A stretch of DNA of 64,000 nucleotides from the human T2T-CHM13v2.0 reference genome, Homo sapiens: the NCBI RefSeq assembly GCF_009914755.1, contig NC_060937.1; one strand, written 5' to 3'. The notes under the pieces were generated by a model. That model was not told the origin of the DNA. It made no database searches and worked only from the letters and a program-made list of their open reading frames with translations. The translations under genes and the position numbers were made by a program. Below are positions 43,922-57,000 of the stretch, piece after piece; the first letter of the stretch is position 1; each line of letters opens with the position of its first letter.

Positions 43922-45205
43922 TGTATTAGTCTGTTCCCACACTGCTATTAAAGACATACTGAGACTGGGTAATTTATAAGGAAAAAGTGGTTTGATGGAC
44001 TCACAGTTACCCATGGCTGGAGAGGCCTCACAATCATGGCAGAAGGCATAGGAGGTGCTAAGGCATGTCTTACATGGCTGCAGGCAAGACAGAATGAGAC
44101 CCAATTAAAAAGGGAAACCCCTTATACAGCCGTCAGATTTCATGACACTTATCACCACCATGAGAACAATATGGGAGAATCCACCCCCATGATTCAATTA
44201 TCTCCCACAAGGTCCTTCCCACAACACTTGGGAATTATGGGAGCTACAATTCAAGATGAGATTTGGGTGGGGACACAGCCAAACCATATCGTTTCACCTC
44301 AGCCCCTCTCAAATCTTATGTCCTCACATTTCAAAACAATCATGCCTTCCCAACAATCCCCCAAAGTCTTTATTCATTTCAACATTAACTCAAAATTCCA
44401 CAGTCCAAAGTCTCATCTGAGACAAGGCAAGTCCCTTCCACCTATGAGCCTATAAAATCAAAAGCAAGTTAGTTTCTTCCTAGATACAACGGGGGTAGAG
44501 GCATTGGGTAAATACGCCCATTCCAAATAGAAGAAATTGTCCAAAACAAAAGGGCTGCAGGCCCCATGCAAGTCCAAAATCCAATAGGGCAGTCATTAAG
44601 CCTTAAAGTTCCAAAATGGTCTCCTTTGACTCCATGTCTCACATCCAGGTCACACTGATGCAAGAGCTAGGTTCCCATGGTCTTGGGCAGCTCTGCCACT
44701 GTGGCTTTGCAGGGTATAGCCCCTCTCCTGGCTGCTTTCACAGGATAGCACTGAGTACTTGCAGCTTTTCCAGGTGCACGGTGCAAACTGTTGGTGGATC
44801 TACAATTCTGGGGTCTGGAGGACAGTGGCCCTCTTCTGACAGCTCCAGTAGGCAGTGCCCCAATGCGGGCTCTGTGTGGGGGCTTCGACCCCATACCTGA
44901 AACTTGGTAATTTATAAAGAAAAGGTCGTTTAATCGACTCACAGTTACACGTGGCTGAGGAGGCCTCACAATCATGGCAAAAGGATAAAAGCACATCTTA
45001 CAAGGCAAGAAAGAATGAGAGTCAAGTGAAAGGGGAAACCACTTATTAAACCATCAGATCTTTTGAGACTTATTCACTACCATGAGAACAATACAGGGGA
45101 GTCAGCACCCCATGATTCAATTATCTCCCACCAGGTCCCTCCCACAACACGTAGGAATTACAATTCAAGATGACATTTGGATGGGGACACAGCCAAACCA
45201 TATGA
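43922..45205 (-). mobile_element. THE1 (THE1C-like) LTR-internal-LTR element with internal deletion
   Basis: LTR 43922-44291, internal 44292-~44893, truncated LTR ~44894-45205; perfect TSD gaagt (43917-43921 / 45206-45210). Confidence 0.95.
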
Positions 45206-45332
45206 GAAGTGATCGAGAAGCTTTGGAATACAAGCAACCCAAGTATTTGTAACTCCATGCAGGAAAGTTACAAATGACCTATCTATGGTTCTTTCTTTCC
45301 CAAAGCCACAAATGAACATTCTGGGCCCATGG

Positions 45333-45743
45333 TGATATGGTTTGGATCTGTGTTGCCACCCAAATCTCATGTTGAAATGTAATTCCCAGTGTTGAAGGTG
45401 GGACCTGGTGGGAGGTGATTGGATCATGGAGGTGCATTCCTCACGGATGGTTCATCATCATCCCCCTAGCTGCTGTGTAGTGAGTGAATGCCCGTGAGAT
45501 CTGGTTGTTTATGGTGAGCGAGTTCTCATGAGATCTCTTCTTCCTCCGGCCCTGGCCATGGAAAGGGCTCACTCCCCCTTTGACTTCTGCCATGACTAGA
45601 TGCTTCCTGAGGCCTCCCCAGAAGCAGACGCTGCTATGCTTCCTGTACAGCCTGCAGAACTGTGAGCCAATTCATTCTGTTTTTTAAATAAATTACCCAG
45701 TCTTAGGTATTTCTTTACAGCAGTGTGAGGATGGACTAATACG
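45333..45743 (+). mobile_element. MST (MSTA-like) solo LTR
   Basis: tgatatggtttggatctgtg...ggactaatacg; perfect TSD catgg (45328-45332 / 45744-45748). Confidence 0.95.
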
Positions 45744-46271
45744 CATGGTATTGGGTGTTGATGTTTGCTTTTGCCTCTTTGTAAAGCAGTTGTCAGGCTT
45801 TCCAAGCATCAGAACACATGATGTGGGCAATCTCATTCAGGAAGACTCGCAGAGGCAGTGGACAGAGCACACTAGAGATGTTGTGTGGATTTTATGTGTG
45901 GTTCTAACAGACATTGAGCTGGGATGCCAACATGGACAAGGAACCAGACTGTGCCAAGTCAGAGTTATTGTATCCAATTATGAGGGAGCCTGTGGGGAAC
46001 CCTGAAGGAGCCTTCCTTTGAGTGGAGGCTTGAAACCTGTTCACCTTTGACCTCAAGGAGAGCATGGACAAAAAGAGTCACAAGAGGACGTGTAGACAAG
46101 GCCCATTCATATTTCACGGGCCCAAAGAAATTTGGTACATTGGTGTTTTGGCCAATGATCATCTTGCCATTAAAAAGTTCCACAAATCGTGTACACCCAA
46201 CACTTCAGATGAGTGCCTGAAGTAAATCAGGGTTTACATGAAAACATTGCTTGCCATATTTTTTTGGTGTA

Positions 46272-46581
46272 TTTTCTTTTCTTTTTTTTTTTTTTTTTTA
46301 AGATGGAGCCTTGCTCTGTCGCCCAGGCTGGAGTGCAATGGTGCTATCTCGGCTCACTGCAATCTCCGCTTCCTGGGTTCAAGCGATTTTCCTGCCTCAG
46401 CCTCCTGAGTAGCTGGGATTACAGGCACCCGCCACTACGCTGGGCTAATTTTTGTATTCTTAGTAGAAACAAGGTTTCACCATGTTATTCAGGCTGGTCT
46501 CGAACTCCTGACCTCAGGTGATCTGCCTGCCTCGACCTCCTAAAGTGCTGGGATTACAGGCGTTAGCCACTTCGTCCTGCC
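46272..46581 (-). mobile_element. Full-length AluS
   Basis: Poly-T, both arms, gacctcaggtgatc. Confidence 0.96.
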
Positions 46582-49500
46582 AAAGTGTTTTCAATTCTTT
46601 TTGCGTCCTGGATCATTTTTCAAGTTAACCTTAGTCTCATCATTGGCTGAAAAGGAAATCTGAATCCTGCCCTTCTCTGGAAATTGGCTGTAGGAGGGGC
46701 GCCCTCCTGTCTCTGAATCTCAGCATGTGTGAAACATCAACACGCACAGGCTGAGGACATCTACCACTTGCTCACAGCTGGAAATGTGGCCAGACTGGGC
46801 TCCCAGAAAGTGGGGAGGAGTGTGTTCATCTCCTTTCTCTGTAATCCGTGAATCAACAGAATTTAGAGGGCAGTGACGTACAGTCAGGTGAGGTAGCATT
46901 ATCTTCTCATTTAGCACCTCAGTTAGCAGTGGGGTGGAGTCTTCTCACCTCTCCGTTCATGTTGGTTATTGGCAAGACTCAAAAGATGTCCACTTCTGTC
47001 TTTACTGCGGAACAGTGAAAAGTGAAGAAAAAATAAGGGCTAACGCTGGGTGTTTACTAGGCCACAGACACTGTTCTGAGAGCATTACATGCATGAACTC
47101 ATAGGGACATCTATCAGTCCTCCCCAAAGAGATCCAAGACTTTAAAGAAAATTCAAGGTAACGTCCAATCTACTATGCTCAGTTCTCTGTGTATGTGTCC
47201 CATCGTGTTAGGGTTAGTGGGATACCACCACCTCAGATGATTTAGAGAAAAATTCTAGGAATTCATTTCTAATTAGAGAATCATAAAATTTAGATGCCTC
47301 CCTAGGTTTAATGTGTTGACTAAAATAATAAGAACTTTCACAGCTTAATATAAGGTAAATCACCACCTTAATCCCAGGAAATAGCTAAATAGTAAAATAA
47401 ATAAAACCCTTGATGGGGAATAAATATCATATATGAGCAATGACCTAAAGTCAGGGATAATTCCAGCAGGCCCAAGGCTGGCCTCACAAGGGTGGAGGTT
47501 ACCTTTGGAATGGAGTAGAAAGACAGATTAGGAGAGGCAGATCCAGCCATTATGCAGGTCTTGAAGTTACTGGGATCATTAACTTCTGACCATCCCTTTT
47601 GGGATGAGTAGGCAGTGACTCTGCAAGTGTGTTCAACATATGACCAATCTGCCTCAGGGTTTCTGGAAGAATCAATTGTATTGACAGCATTCCTAATTGA
47701 AGAGCAGTTATTCTATAGCACAGCTGAATTTTGTGTGATCATACGCGGAGGCTGGGCAGACTGGCTGGGCTGTTATGCTGCAGGACATAATCCCAGAACA
47801 TTGCAAAATGGGCACTTTCATACGATTTTATATCGCTAGAGCCTTGCAGTAGAAATGAATCAAACGAAACAGCAGGAACCTGAAAATGTTGTTTGTTCAA
47901 CTGAAAAGCAGCCTGGAATTTACTCCCACATAGTCTACTCACCTGAAAGCGCCGGCCCATAATCATCGTGTTTACACTGCCTGTCTGTACTTACATGATA
48001 CTGCAGCTCACAGCTCAGAACTGCTCACACCCCCAGTACTTCCAGCCCAGCATCCAGGCCTTTTCATCTCCCGTCAATTATCTCTACCTTAGTTTCAACA
48101 GCTTAGCAAGCTGAGTCCTTGAGACACAGAGTGGCTTTATCAGAATAACTCCAAGTGCGCAGAGGACGACAGAGAGACAAGAGGAATGCTTCTCAGACTT
48201 ACTGGTTTCCTCCAGGGATTTGCTTGACTCTAATTATTGGAAGACCTCCAGGGGCCAAGACTGCCTGAGCTTGTCAAGGGATTCCTCTTTCTACCAGAGG
48301 ACACCACCACCCAGACACTAAATCAGATGAGAGCTAACATTTTCACAGCAATAAATCTCTGGAACAAAAGAATGAGTTGGAAAACCTTCATTGCATTCTT
48401 TTTTGGTGGAAAGAAATTATTTATAAGAACTAAATGAGGTAGAGCAAAAAATTTTTTCTACTCCCTATTTTTCTCACTTCTATTGCTAGTAAAAGCAAAT
48501 GCCTTTTATAGTCTGCAATTTCTTTCTTTTGTTTTTGTGTGTATGTGCTATTGAGTTATTGTTTTCGTTGTGTTGCGAAGTTTTTTCAGAAAACTCTCTT
48601 TTGAATATCAGATTTTTAAGTCTAAAATCTGGCATACAAGATAACAAATGCTTTTGCTTTTAGGTATCACAATATGCTCAGATGTTTTGGGAATATGTGA
48701 TCACAGTTTCAGGGACAGTTCTTTTAAAAATAATATAAAATCAGGAGAGTTATTTTCAAATTTATGTTCAGTTCTTAGAATCAGGCTTCCTGTAAGGTGG
48801 TCGCATCTTTATTCCCCTCTCCAGCTACTCTGACAGCGTGTGCTCAGGTTTGGAGCTCCCTAACTGAAGTCTGGGGCAGAAGGGGGGTACTTGTTTCTCT
48901 TCCTCCCCAGAGCGTTTCTCATTCTGTGACGAGAGCAAGAACAAAGGATCAAATTAAATGGACTTACATTAGAGCAAAATTAATTAATACACAACTAAAT
49001 GCTTAATTCGCATCCCAAGTATTTGTAGCCTTAGAAGACGGTGTTAACCTAAAGATTGACAATGAAATACCTGGAAAGAGGTTCATAAAAAGGCACTAAA
49101 ACTCCTGTTAACATACATTAAAGGGCATAGACGATGCCTTTCTCAACGGTATGAACAGTTAATCCTCCAGACACCTTATATCCCAGTCCAACCAAAATGT
49201 CACTGGTATTTTTGCAAAAACCAAGCTCTCGATTTTGGCAGGATGGATTTATTAACGATTCTGCCTTTAAAGTAACTGATTAATACCATATAAAAAGCAA
49301 ATCTTTGTGAAAGCAGCATCCAAGCCTGCAAGTCAAATAAGAACACTTATGCCTGTTCCACATCTTTTTAAATATTTTATTCTCACACTATTGCTTTTCA
49401 AGCTATATAATTAAGCAGTAAAATACAATTGGCTTATAGAACAGTTTCCATATAGATAGGTCCCTGACACATACTGTACCAAAATGATCGAATAAAATAG

Positions 49501-49806
49501 ATGGTATTTTAAGCTTTTATGATTAACTTTAATTAAGTTTTGCTTGGCTGTCATATAAAAGGTATTTGAAGTATTAATTGAATTTATTTTTTATTTTTCA
49601 CATTATTATTTCTTAAGAAATAATATTACATTCAGTCAAACTCATGGTTTTGTTCAACTGGTGTTCTATTTGCAAATGCATTGCAATATTTATAGAGTCT
49701 AATAGAAAAGGATAATATAACAGGCCATTAAAAACTACACTGTATCAGAGATTCCATCTCTGCTAACACCTTGGGTGGGCTGGCATGAAATACAAATTGT
49801 GCTATT

Positions 49807-49858
49807 AAATCCGGAAAGATTTTAAGAAAATCCGGAAAGATTTTAAGAAAATCCGGAA
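49807..49858. repeat. Perfect 21-bp tandem repeat, 2.5 copies (aaatccggaaagattttaaga)
   Basis: Read directly; no mismatches between copies. Confidence 0.95.
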
Positions 49859-50703
49859 TGAATTCTAGCTATTCAAGACTAGCTTTAAATGACTTTCAAA
49901 AATAAAGAATCAAACATTTAAATAAGTTAAATATCATCTGTTTAACAGATTGATATCATGTGAATACATTAGAAACCAGAGAATTTCAGATCCTAAGACT
50001 ACTGCCATTCTATACCACTCATGGGTGTATGGGAAGATTGACATTACAGGGACCCAGGAACAAAACTGATGGGGAAATTGGCTTATTTTTAAAGAATTTC
50101 TTTTTCATTTGAGGTGGGGTGAAGGAGAGAAAAAAATTATTTGTTGTTTCTTTTTGTTTTAGAACTTCACAAAATTCTGTTTATTAAAGCAGCAAGATCA
50201 TATCATTATTTTTAAAAATTAAACCTCTTCATAATTCCTTCTTGACCACCTTTGGGCCTTAGAGAGCTGAAGCTTTCCTAGCTCTTTCTCTGGGCTCGCG
50301 TCTAAATCTGGAATTGTGATTATCAAAGAATCAAAAGAATGGCAGGCTACCCCTTGCCAGCCCAAGCACCTAGAGAAGGATTGCATGGGGAAAACGTTGA
50401 AGGAGAGAGAGCTGCTTTGCCATGTCTCTCTGATGGCTCCTTTCTCTAACACCAGACAGACTCACATCTCTTCCCCAGCCCCTCCTCCAGCTATCTGTCC
50501 CACACCCTTGACCTCCTAAGACCTAGCTCCCTTCTGCTAAACACTGAGAAAGTGTAAACTGGAGTTAACATATTTATGATAAAGCTCCATCTGTGACCCT
50601 TGCATAGTTAGAAGAGTGGTTTGAGAGCTACAGTCCACACAGGCCCCCTGCTGCAGCTGACTGGGGTACTTCCAAGTGGCAGTTCTCATGTTTATGACGC
50701 CAG

Positions 50704-50719
50704 TAGCGCCCCCTACAGA
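50704..50719 (-). promoter_or_regulatory. Candidate CTCF site
   Basis: Minus strand tctgtagggggcgcta versus consensus ccaccagggggcgcta; 3' 11 bases match exactly. Confidence 0.4.
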
Positions 50720-51353
50720 TGTGCAGCACACACCCTACAGCCACACTCAGGTCCCTGCCCAGAAACCTTCCTGGGGAAAAACAAATAGAGATGCCTAGAG
50801 GGCCAGGCCTCAAGTATTCAAGATGCAACCAAAACGGCCTGATTTTATCTCTTCTCTGCCAGGTATTTCCTTTGGACCAAGGCTCTACAGTGAAAAACAT
50901 TTAAATACCAAAAATCCTTTTACGGCCTCAGAGGAACAGCGGAAGGAAGAGTGATGAGGCAGCCGGGGCTCTGAAGTTAAATATTTAGGGATGTAGTTTG
51001 GCTCCACAGTGCAGGAGCTGTGGGGACTGCAGGTGCCATTACTATAGAAACAGAAAACTGCCTTCGCCTCTGAGTAAACAAATGAGTGCGTGTGGCCAAA
51101 GACAGGGACTCCTTCCGCACATCGCTTCACCAGCAGGTCAGGCCTTCCCTGGATTCGACTCTCAGCTGGGTGCCGAACTGAGGACTGCTGCAGAGCCAGA
51201 GAGAAAGGGCTTAAGCTGAGTTGGGGTGATCACACCCATGTCCAAGATACACCTTGCCCCTCTTATAGCAAGCCGTAAATCTCCTCTTGTTTGAGTAAAT
51301 GCTGGTTGAGGCAGTTGCTTTTCCTTTTGGTCAACCCACAAAGAGGAAAATCA

Positions 51354-51483
51354 AGCCAGACACAGTGGCTCACGCCTGTAATTCTAGTGCTTCCAGAGGC
51401 CGGGGTGGGAAAATCATTTCAGGTCAGAAGTTTGAGACAAGGCTGGGCAACATAACGAGACCTCATTTCAATAAAAATAAAGA
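51354..51483 (+). mobile_element. FLAM-type free left Alu monomer
   Basis: Left arm only plus A-rich tail; perfect 14-bp TSD aaagaggaaaatca (51340-51353 / 51484-51497). Confidence 0.92.
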
Positions 51484-53891
51484 AAAGAGGAAAATCAGCT
51501 CAAATGTTTCACAAATGAGGACATAGATAAAATAGGAAGATGGGACACCATCTCTTAGTCAAGTGACACTTAGGAAAGAAGGAGGCCTGGGGGTTTGTAT
51601 TGGAATGCACATGTGTGTCCTACAGGGGCACATATAGTGATGGGTACATGGAATATGCTCCATAGAGGTTGTGGCTGGAGATGGTTGTGGATGGCTGGCC
51701 TAGTTCCGAGCAGGGGCTGTTGCCTGTTGACCTCTCAAGTCATGTTGGGTAGGAATTTGCCTATTTTTATTTAGTAGATGAAACTTGCTGTAAAGGATAA
51801 ATATCCAGACAGATAGCAATCTACAGACCAATAGAAACTGCCACACAAAGAATGGTCATAAGTCTAAAATTCATTAAATTAAAAAAAGACACAGCATGCA
51901 TATCAAGTTGAAAGCTAAGAACCGTCTCTGTCCAAACACACTTTGTATGGTATATGACATATGAAAACACACAATGATTAACAGAGTCTTTGTACATTTG
52001 CAGTTAACTTTAAGTTTAATACTAGAAGCTTTTTTAATATAAGCACAAATTAATTTTGAGTCCTCAGTTGGAAAAAAATTAAGTAAATAAGTCCAATATG
52101 GAAATTCAAGGCAAACAGCAAGACAGAAGTTCCAAGTGCCAAAGATGGGAGATTCAATTAACAGCCAACCATCAGTTGTCAATAATACCCTGGCATTCAT
52201 GCTTGCCTCTGGCTACATGCACCCTACATGTTTTATTCATATTGAGTATTGGGATATTATCCTCTTTTGACAACTCAACTATACTTGCCAACTCATTTTT
52301 AATCTGTGGATGAGTACAATTCTCCAATTTGTAGAATTTCAGTTTGCCGGTATTTATACAACTATGGCTGTTGAAATTTCTGTATGTTTATTCTTTGCTG
52401 TCCCTTAAAGCTTCAAATATTTTCAATACCTCCTACAGGACTAAAAGAAATGAGGCTTCCTTATATGAATTGATTATCAAATACATTCAACAATATATCA
52501 GTTTTATCAAGAATATATCAATCTTAGCAAAGAAAATAAAATCCTCTGTCTGCATTTTTAGTGCCCTGTGGATAATTGGCCAGATGAAATCTGAGCCAGG
52601 GCTTAGGTAGATTTTGAAATAGGTGAGTTTCCTAGTCTTTTCTTATGAAAGTAGTTCTCTCATTCTAAATTCCTTAGCTTTGACATAAGAGGCTTCAGAG
52701 CCAAAATAAACACATTTTTGATAACAGTGTAGATCACCATTTCTACCTGAATGGAAATTTCAGAATGTTTGAGCCAAAGGTCCCAAACTTTTCTGCAGGC
52801 AGTTTCCGCACCAGATCCTTAAACCCTGAAACAAGCCTGAGCAAAAGCGGCATCTTTTGTTATTTCCTCTACGTATGTATTTGATTTCACTCTGCTCTAG
52901 CATTAGTGAGGCGTCATACTGATTCTGGAGGCGTGTAACATGTCCTTTAACCGTGCCACCTCCCAATCACATGCCTTCTTTATTCAAGAAACAGTAGTGG
53001 CCTGAAGGCTCCTTGTCAGTGTGTGCCTCCCCTCAGAATGGATCAGCAGCAGAGGTTTGGGGCAACCATTTCTCCGGGTCCGGGCCTGTCATTCTGAAGT
53101 TGGCTGGCTAAGGAGAATCCGGAAGCTCACTCGCAGAGTAATTAAGTGTCAGGGCCAGAAGGTCAGGCAGCATCGTCTTCTCTAGCCAAAACCATTTGGA
53201 ACCATTGCACTGCGATTTATGATTTCATTGCCTGGCCAACCACCAGGACCCCGGCTATCTTAACTCATCCAGGCCGCACTCTGAAAAGCTAATCTCTTTC
53301 TTTCTAGTGACATCTCTTCATTTGGGGAGTATCACCCATTCTCAGCATGTAGCTCACCAATTATGTTGGTTGAAATTACCGATGCTGGCTTGCTGCAATG
53401 TCCATAAATTGTGGCTTCCTTCTTACCCCTCTTGGAATAACTTTTACTATAACCTTTGAAGCAGTTATTGCAGAAAACACTGCAATAGCATGTCATGTTT
53501 CAACTACTGATGTATGCTTAGCAAGAGCATTTGAGTGAGCTGTTGGTATCTTCTTGTTAAAACAAATGAAAAACTGGCTACCTGGGCACTCCACAGTTAA
53601 AAATTTCTCCTGAATTATCTTGCAGATTTCTTCTTAAAGGGAAATAATGATAAAGATCTGTTTTATTCTTGTAACCAACAAACCACAAAATATCTCATTT
53701 GTATTTCTACCTAACTATATCAAAATGGCATTTTATACTTCAATGAATACCAAATTGGACAATCAGCTCTCAATAGTTCACATAGTTTCTTTAGCTCCTC
53801 TCTTGAGTCTAATTACTATTTTCATTAATGGGAATAAAAGTATTTAGCTAAAAATGTAAGGGGAAGCTACAAGAAAAACAAGTCAATCTCA

Positions 53892-54047
53892 GAATTTCCA
53901 GAACAAGCCTGCTGACACCTTTACTTTAGCCCAAGTGAAAATGATTCTTCACTTCTAGCCTCCACAACTGTAAGAGAATAAATTTGTATTGTTTTAAGCC
54001 ACTACATTTGTGGTAATTTGTTACATCAGCAATAGGAAACTAATGCA
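53892..54047 (+). mobile_element. MLT1 LTR 3' fragment
   Basis: aactgtaagagaataaatttgtattgttttaagccacta...agcaataggaaactaatgca. Confidence 0.88.
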
Positions 54048-54049
54048 CA

Positions 54050-55250
54050 TTCCTGTTTTCAGAGGGGTTCTTGAAAGTTCCTGTTGAACACTTGCCAACA
54101 CTTGGTAGTCTCGGTGTTTTCATTTAACCATTCTTGTGAGTATACATTTCATTGTAGTCTTAACGTGCTTTTCTCTGTTTAAAGATGGAATTTAGCAATG
54201 TTTACATATTTAATATCCAAATGTATATCCTCTTTTATAAGGTGCTTATTTATGTTTTTACCCATTATTCTATTGACTTATCTTTCTTTTATTGATTTGT
54301 ATCTTATTGATTTTCTCTTATTGATTTGGAAATTCTATAAATAACCTTTCTTGGTTATATAAATAAGGAATATAGGTTTGAATATTGATGTTGATATAAA
54401 TTGGTAATAATCTCTCTTTACATAGCTGTCTTTTCATTCTTGTAAGGTTTATGTTGATGAAAATATATCTTAAATTTGATGTAATTATGTTTATCATCTC
54501 TTCCTTAATTGTTAAGGAGATTAGGAAATTCTTCCCTGCCTTGAGACCATGAAGATATGCTTCTATCTTATATTCTGAAAGTTTTATGGCTTTATTACAC
54601 TTTTTCTTTTAATACAACTGGAACTAATTTTGGCTATGTTGTAAGATAAGTGTCAATTTCATTTTTCTTATACACGTATTCGATTTTCTTATCACCATTT
54701 GTTGGGAATCTAGTCATCTCCTTACTTCCATAGTGCTGCTTCCGAGTATGTACACATATATTTTTTCATTGAGCTGCTCACATCTGTCCTTTCCTTTACT
54801 ACATTGCCTTTGTTACTTCAGTTTCATAATAATTCTTGATATTTGTTAGACCAAGTCTTCCCACTTGATTCTTCCATTTCATGAATGTCTTAGCTATTCT
54901 TGGCCCTTTTATATAAAACATATAAATGGCCAGTTGTATATAAACTTTGGATTTAGCATTTTAAGTTCTACCAAAAACCTATTAGGATTCTTATTGGATT
55001 ACATTGAATCTATTTGGGAGATCTGATATCTTTAAAACATTGAAACTAGCCAACTTACATAGATAGGAGATATCTGTCCATTTAATTAAGCCATTTTTAA
55101 TGGTGATCAATGAAGCTTTATGATTTCTTTCATTAAAAAATTATCCTAACAAATTTTAATACTTTTGTTGGATTTATTCCTACATTATATAGGAATATAT
55201 AGTAGTATATGAGATAGACTTGTGATATTACAGTAAATGGTGTCTGTTTT
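54050..55250 (-). mobile_element. Old L1M (ORF2 3' region), decayed
   Basis: cttgccaacacttgg, atgtcttagctattcttggccc, gattacattgaatcta and other reverse L1 motifs; T-rich. Confidence 0.85.
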
Positions 55251-55624
55251 TTAAAAAATCAGTAATATTTATTAAAATTTTATAAATATTTTAATAAAAT
55301 TCAATACTTAATTTCTAGCCTTAATTTTAAACAATAAATGCCTACCATAATGCTGTCATTGGGTCTTGAAAGTGCAATCACATCAAATGCAAAACCATGG
55401 TACTATGAGGTTTACCAAATGACTGAGGGAGTTGATGGAGCCAGCAGCTCTACAGGTCAAAGCCAGATGCCTATGGTGCTATATACAGGCTTGCATTAGC
55501 ACTGGGGCTCATTGTATGATCAAAATACTGCATATGTTTTTGCAGACCAAATAAATGGGCACCAGTTTGCAGTTAACACAAACAAAATAAGCTGGTAATT
55601 TTGAATTCTAATTTTCACATGCAG

Positions 55625-56050
55625 TTAAAGAAATGTAAGTTTCAAAACCAATGGGATTCTATTTTTCACCTAACAATGACAAATGGTGGCAGAAATACAG
55701 AAAACAACCCCTCTCGTTGACTGCTGCCAGTTTTGTAAATTGGTGCAAACATTTTAGAGAGCAACTCAGTAATTTCTATCAAAATGTAATACGCTCATCC
55801 CCACTGTCTGGCAATTCTGCTGTTAGAAGTGTATACCGCAGATGTATTCTTAGACATGCACGAAGAGTATAAACAAGGATGCTCAATGCAGCCAAAGTGT
55901 TCAATCTCCCTAAATGAACATCAGTCAGGAGATGCACAGCATTGTGTATCCATATGAAGCATGCTTATACAGATGAGACTAAGGTAGACCATACTTACAG
56001 ACAGTAAATGAATAAAATAAAAAGCAATGAACATAGTATGCTCCTGTGGA
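55625..56050 (+). mobile_element. Old L1ME 3' region
   Basis: tgtaaattggtgcaaacattttagagagcaa...gcaattc...aaggatgctcaatgcagc. Confidence 0.7.
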
Positions 56051-56100
56051 GTTTACTTTAAAAAAAAAAAAAAAAAGATGAGATAGACAACGAGTGAGAG

Positions 56101-56551
56101 TATATTAGTCAGAGTGCTCCAGAGAAAGAGAACCAAAAAGATACAATAGGATACAGATATATATAGAAAGAAATTGAGATGAGAGGGAAAGAGAGAGAGT
56201 TTAAATAATGGGCTCATACAGTTATGGAGGCTGGCAAGTTCAAAATTTGCAGCACAGGCCAATAGGTTGGAAATGCTGGCAGTTGTTCATGTTGCAGTCT
56301 TGAGTCCAAAGGCAGTCTGGAAGTTGAATTCCTTCTTCTTCTGGGGACTTCGGTCTTTTTTCTGAAGACCTTCAACTGATTAGATAAGGTTCACCCACCT
56401 TATGGAAGGTCATCTGCTTTGCTCAAAGTCTATTGATTTAAACATTAATCACATCTATAAAATACCCTCATAGAAGCATGTAGACTGATATTTGACCAGT
56501 TAACTAGCTAGCGTAGGCTAGCCAAATTGATACATAAAATTAATCATCGCA
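56101..56551 (-). mobile_element. MLT2 (B/C/D-like) ERVL solo LTR
   Basis: tattagtcagagtgctccagagaaa...agccaaattgatacataaaattaatcatcgca. Confidence 0.88.
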
Positions 56552-56650
56552 GATAGATAGGTAGATAACTAGATAGATAGGTATGCAAAAGAGATACAGA
56601 GAGAGATAGATAAAAGATAGCTACATATACATATATAGTTAGAAGATAGC
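56552..56650. repeat. Degenerate (TAGA)n
   Basis: gatagataggtagataactagatagatag... Confidence 0.75.
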
Positions 56651-57000
56651 CTATTAGTTCATTCTCACGGTGCTATAACGAAATATCTGAGACTGGGTAA
56701 TTTATAAAGAAAAGAGGTTTAATTGGCTTACAGTACTGCAGGCTATACAGGAAGCATGTTAGCATCTGCTCAGCTTTAATCATGGTGGAAGTTGAAGGGG
56801 AAGCAGGTAGGCCTTATACGGCTGGAGAAGGAAGAAGAGAGACAGAGCGGGCAGGTGCTGAACGCTTTTAAACATTCAGATTGTGTGAGAACTCTATCAT
56901 GAGAACAGCACCAAAGGAGAAAATCTGCCCCCATGATCCCATCCTCTCCCACCAGGCCCCACCTCTAACACTGAGGATTAAAATTAGACGTGAGATTTGG
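56651..57000 (-). mobile_element. MST (MSTB-like) LTR lacking its 5' terminus
   Basis: tgagactgggtaatttataaagaaaagaggtttaattggc...ccaggccccacctc...gagatttgg. Confidence 0.9.

Noticed and set aside
44036-45008. Cluster of 64-139 aa ORFs
   Set aside because: All are within the THE1 LTR or internal sequence.
49807-49858. CRISPR-like direct repeats
   Set aside because: Head-to-tail units with no unique spacers, eukaryotic context and no cas genes.
53480-53620. Possible CR1/L3 reverse-transcriptase relic (similar hint at 12280-12440)
   Set aside because: Resemblance too weak to support without a profile search.
55268-55298. AT-only quasi-palindrome (also 31162-31180)
   Set aside because: Short; expected in very AT-rich, low-complexity DNA.
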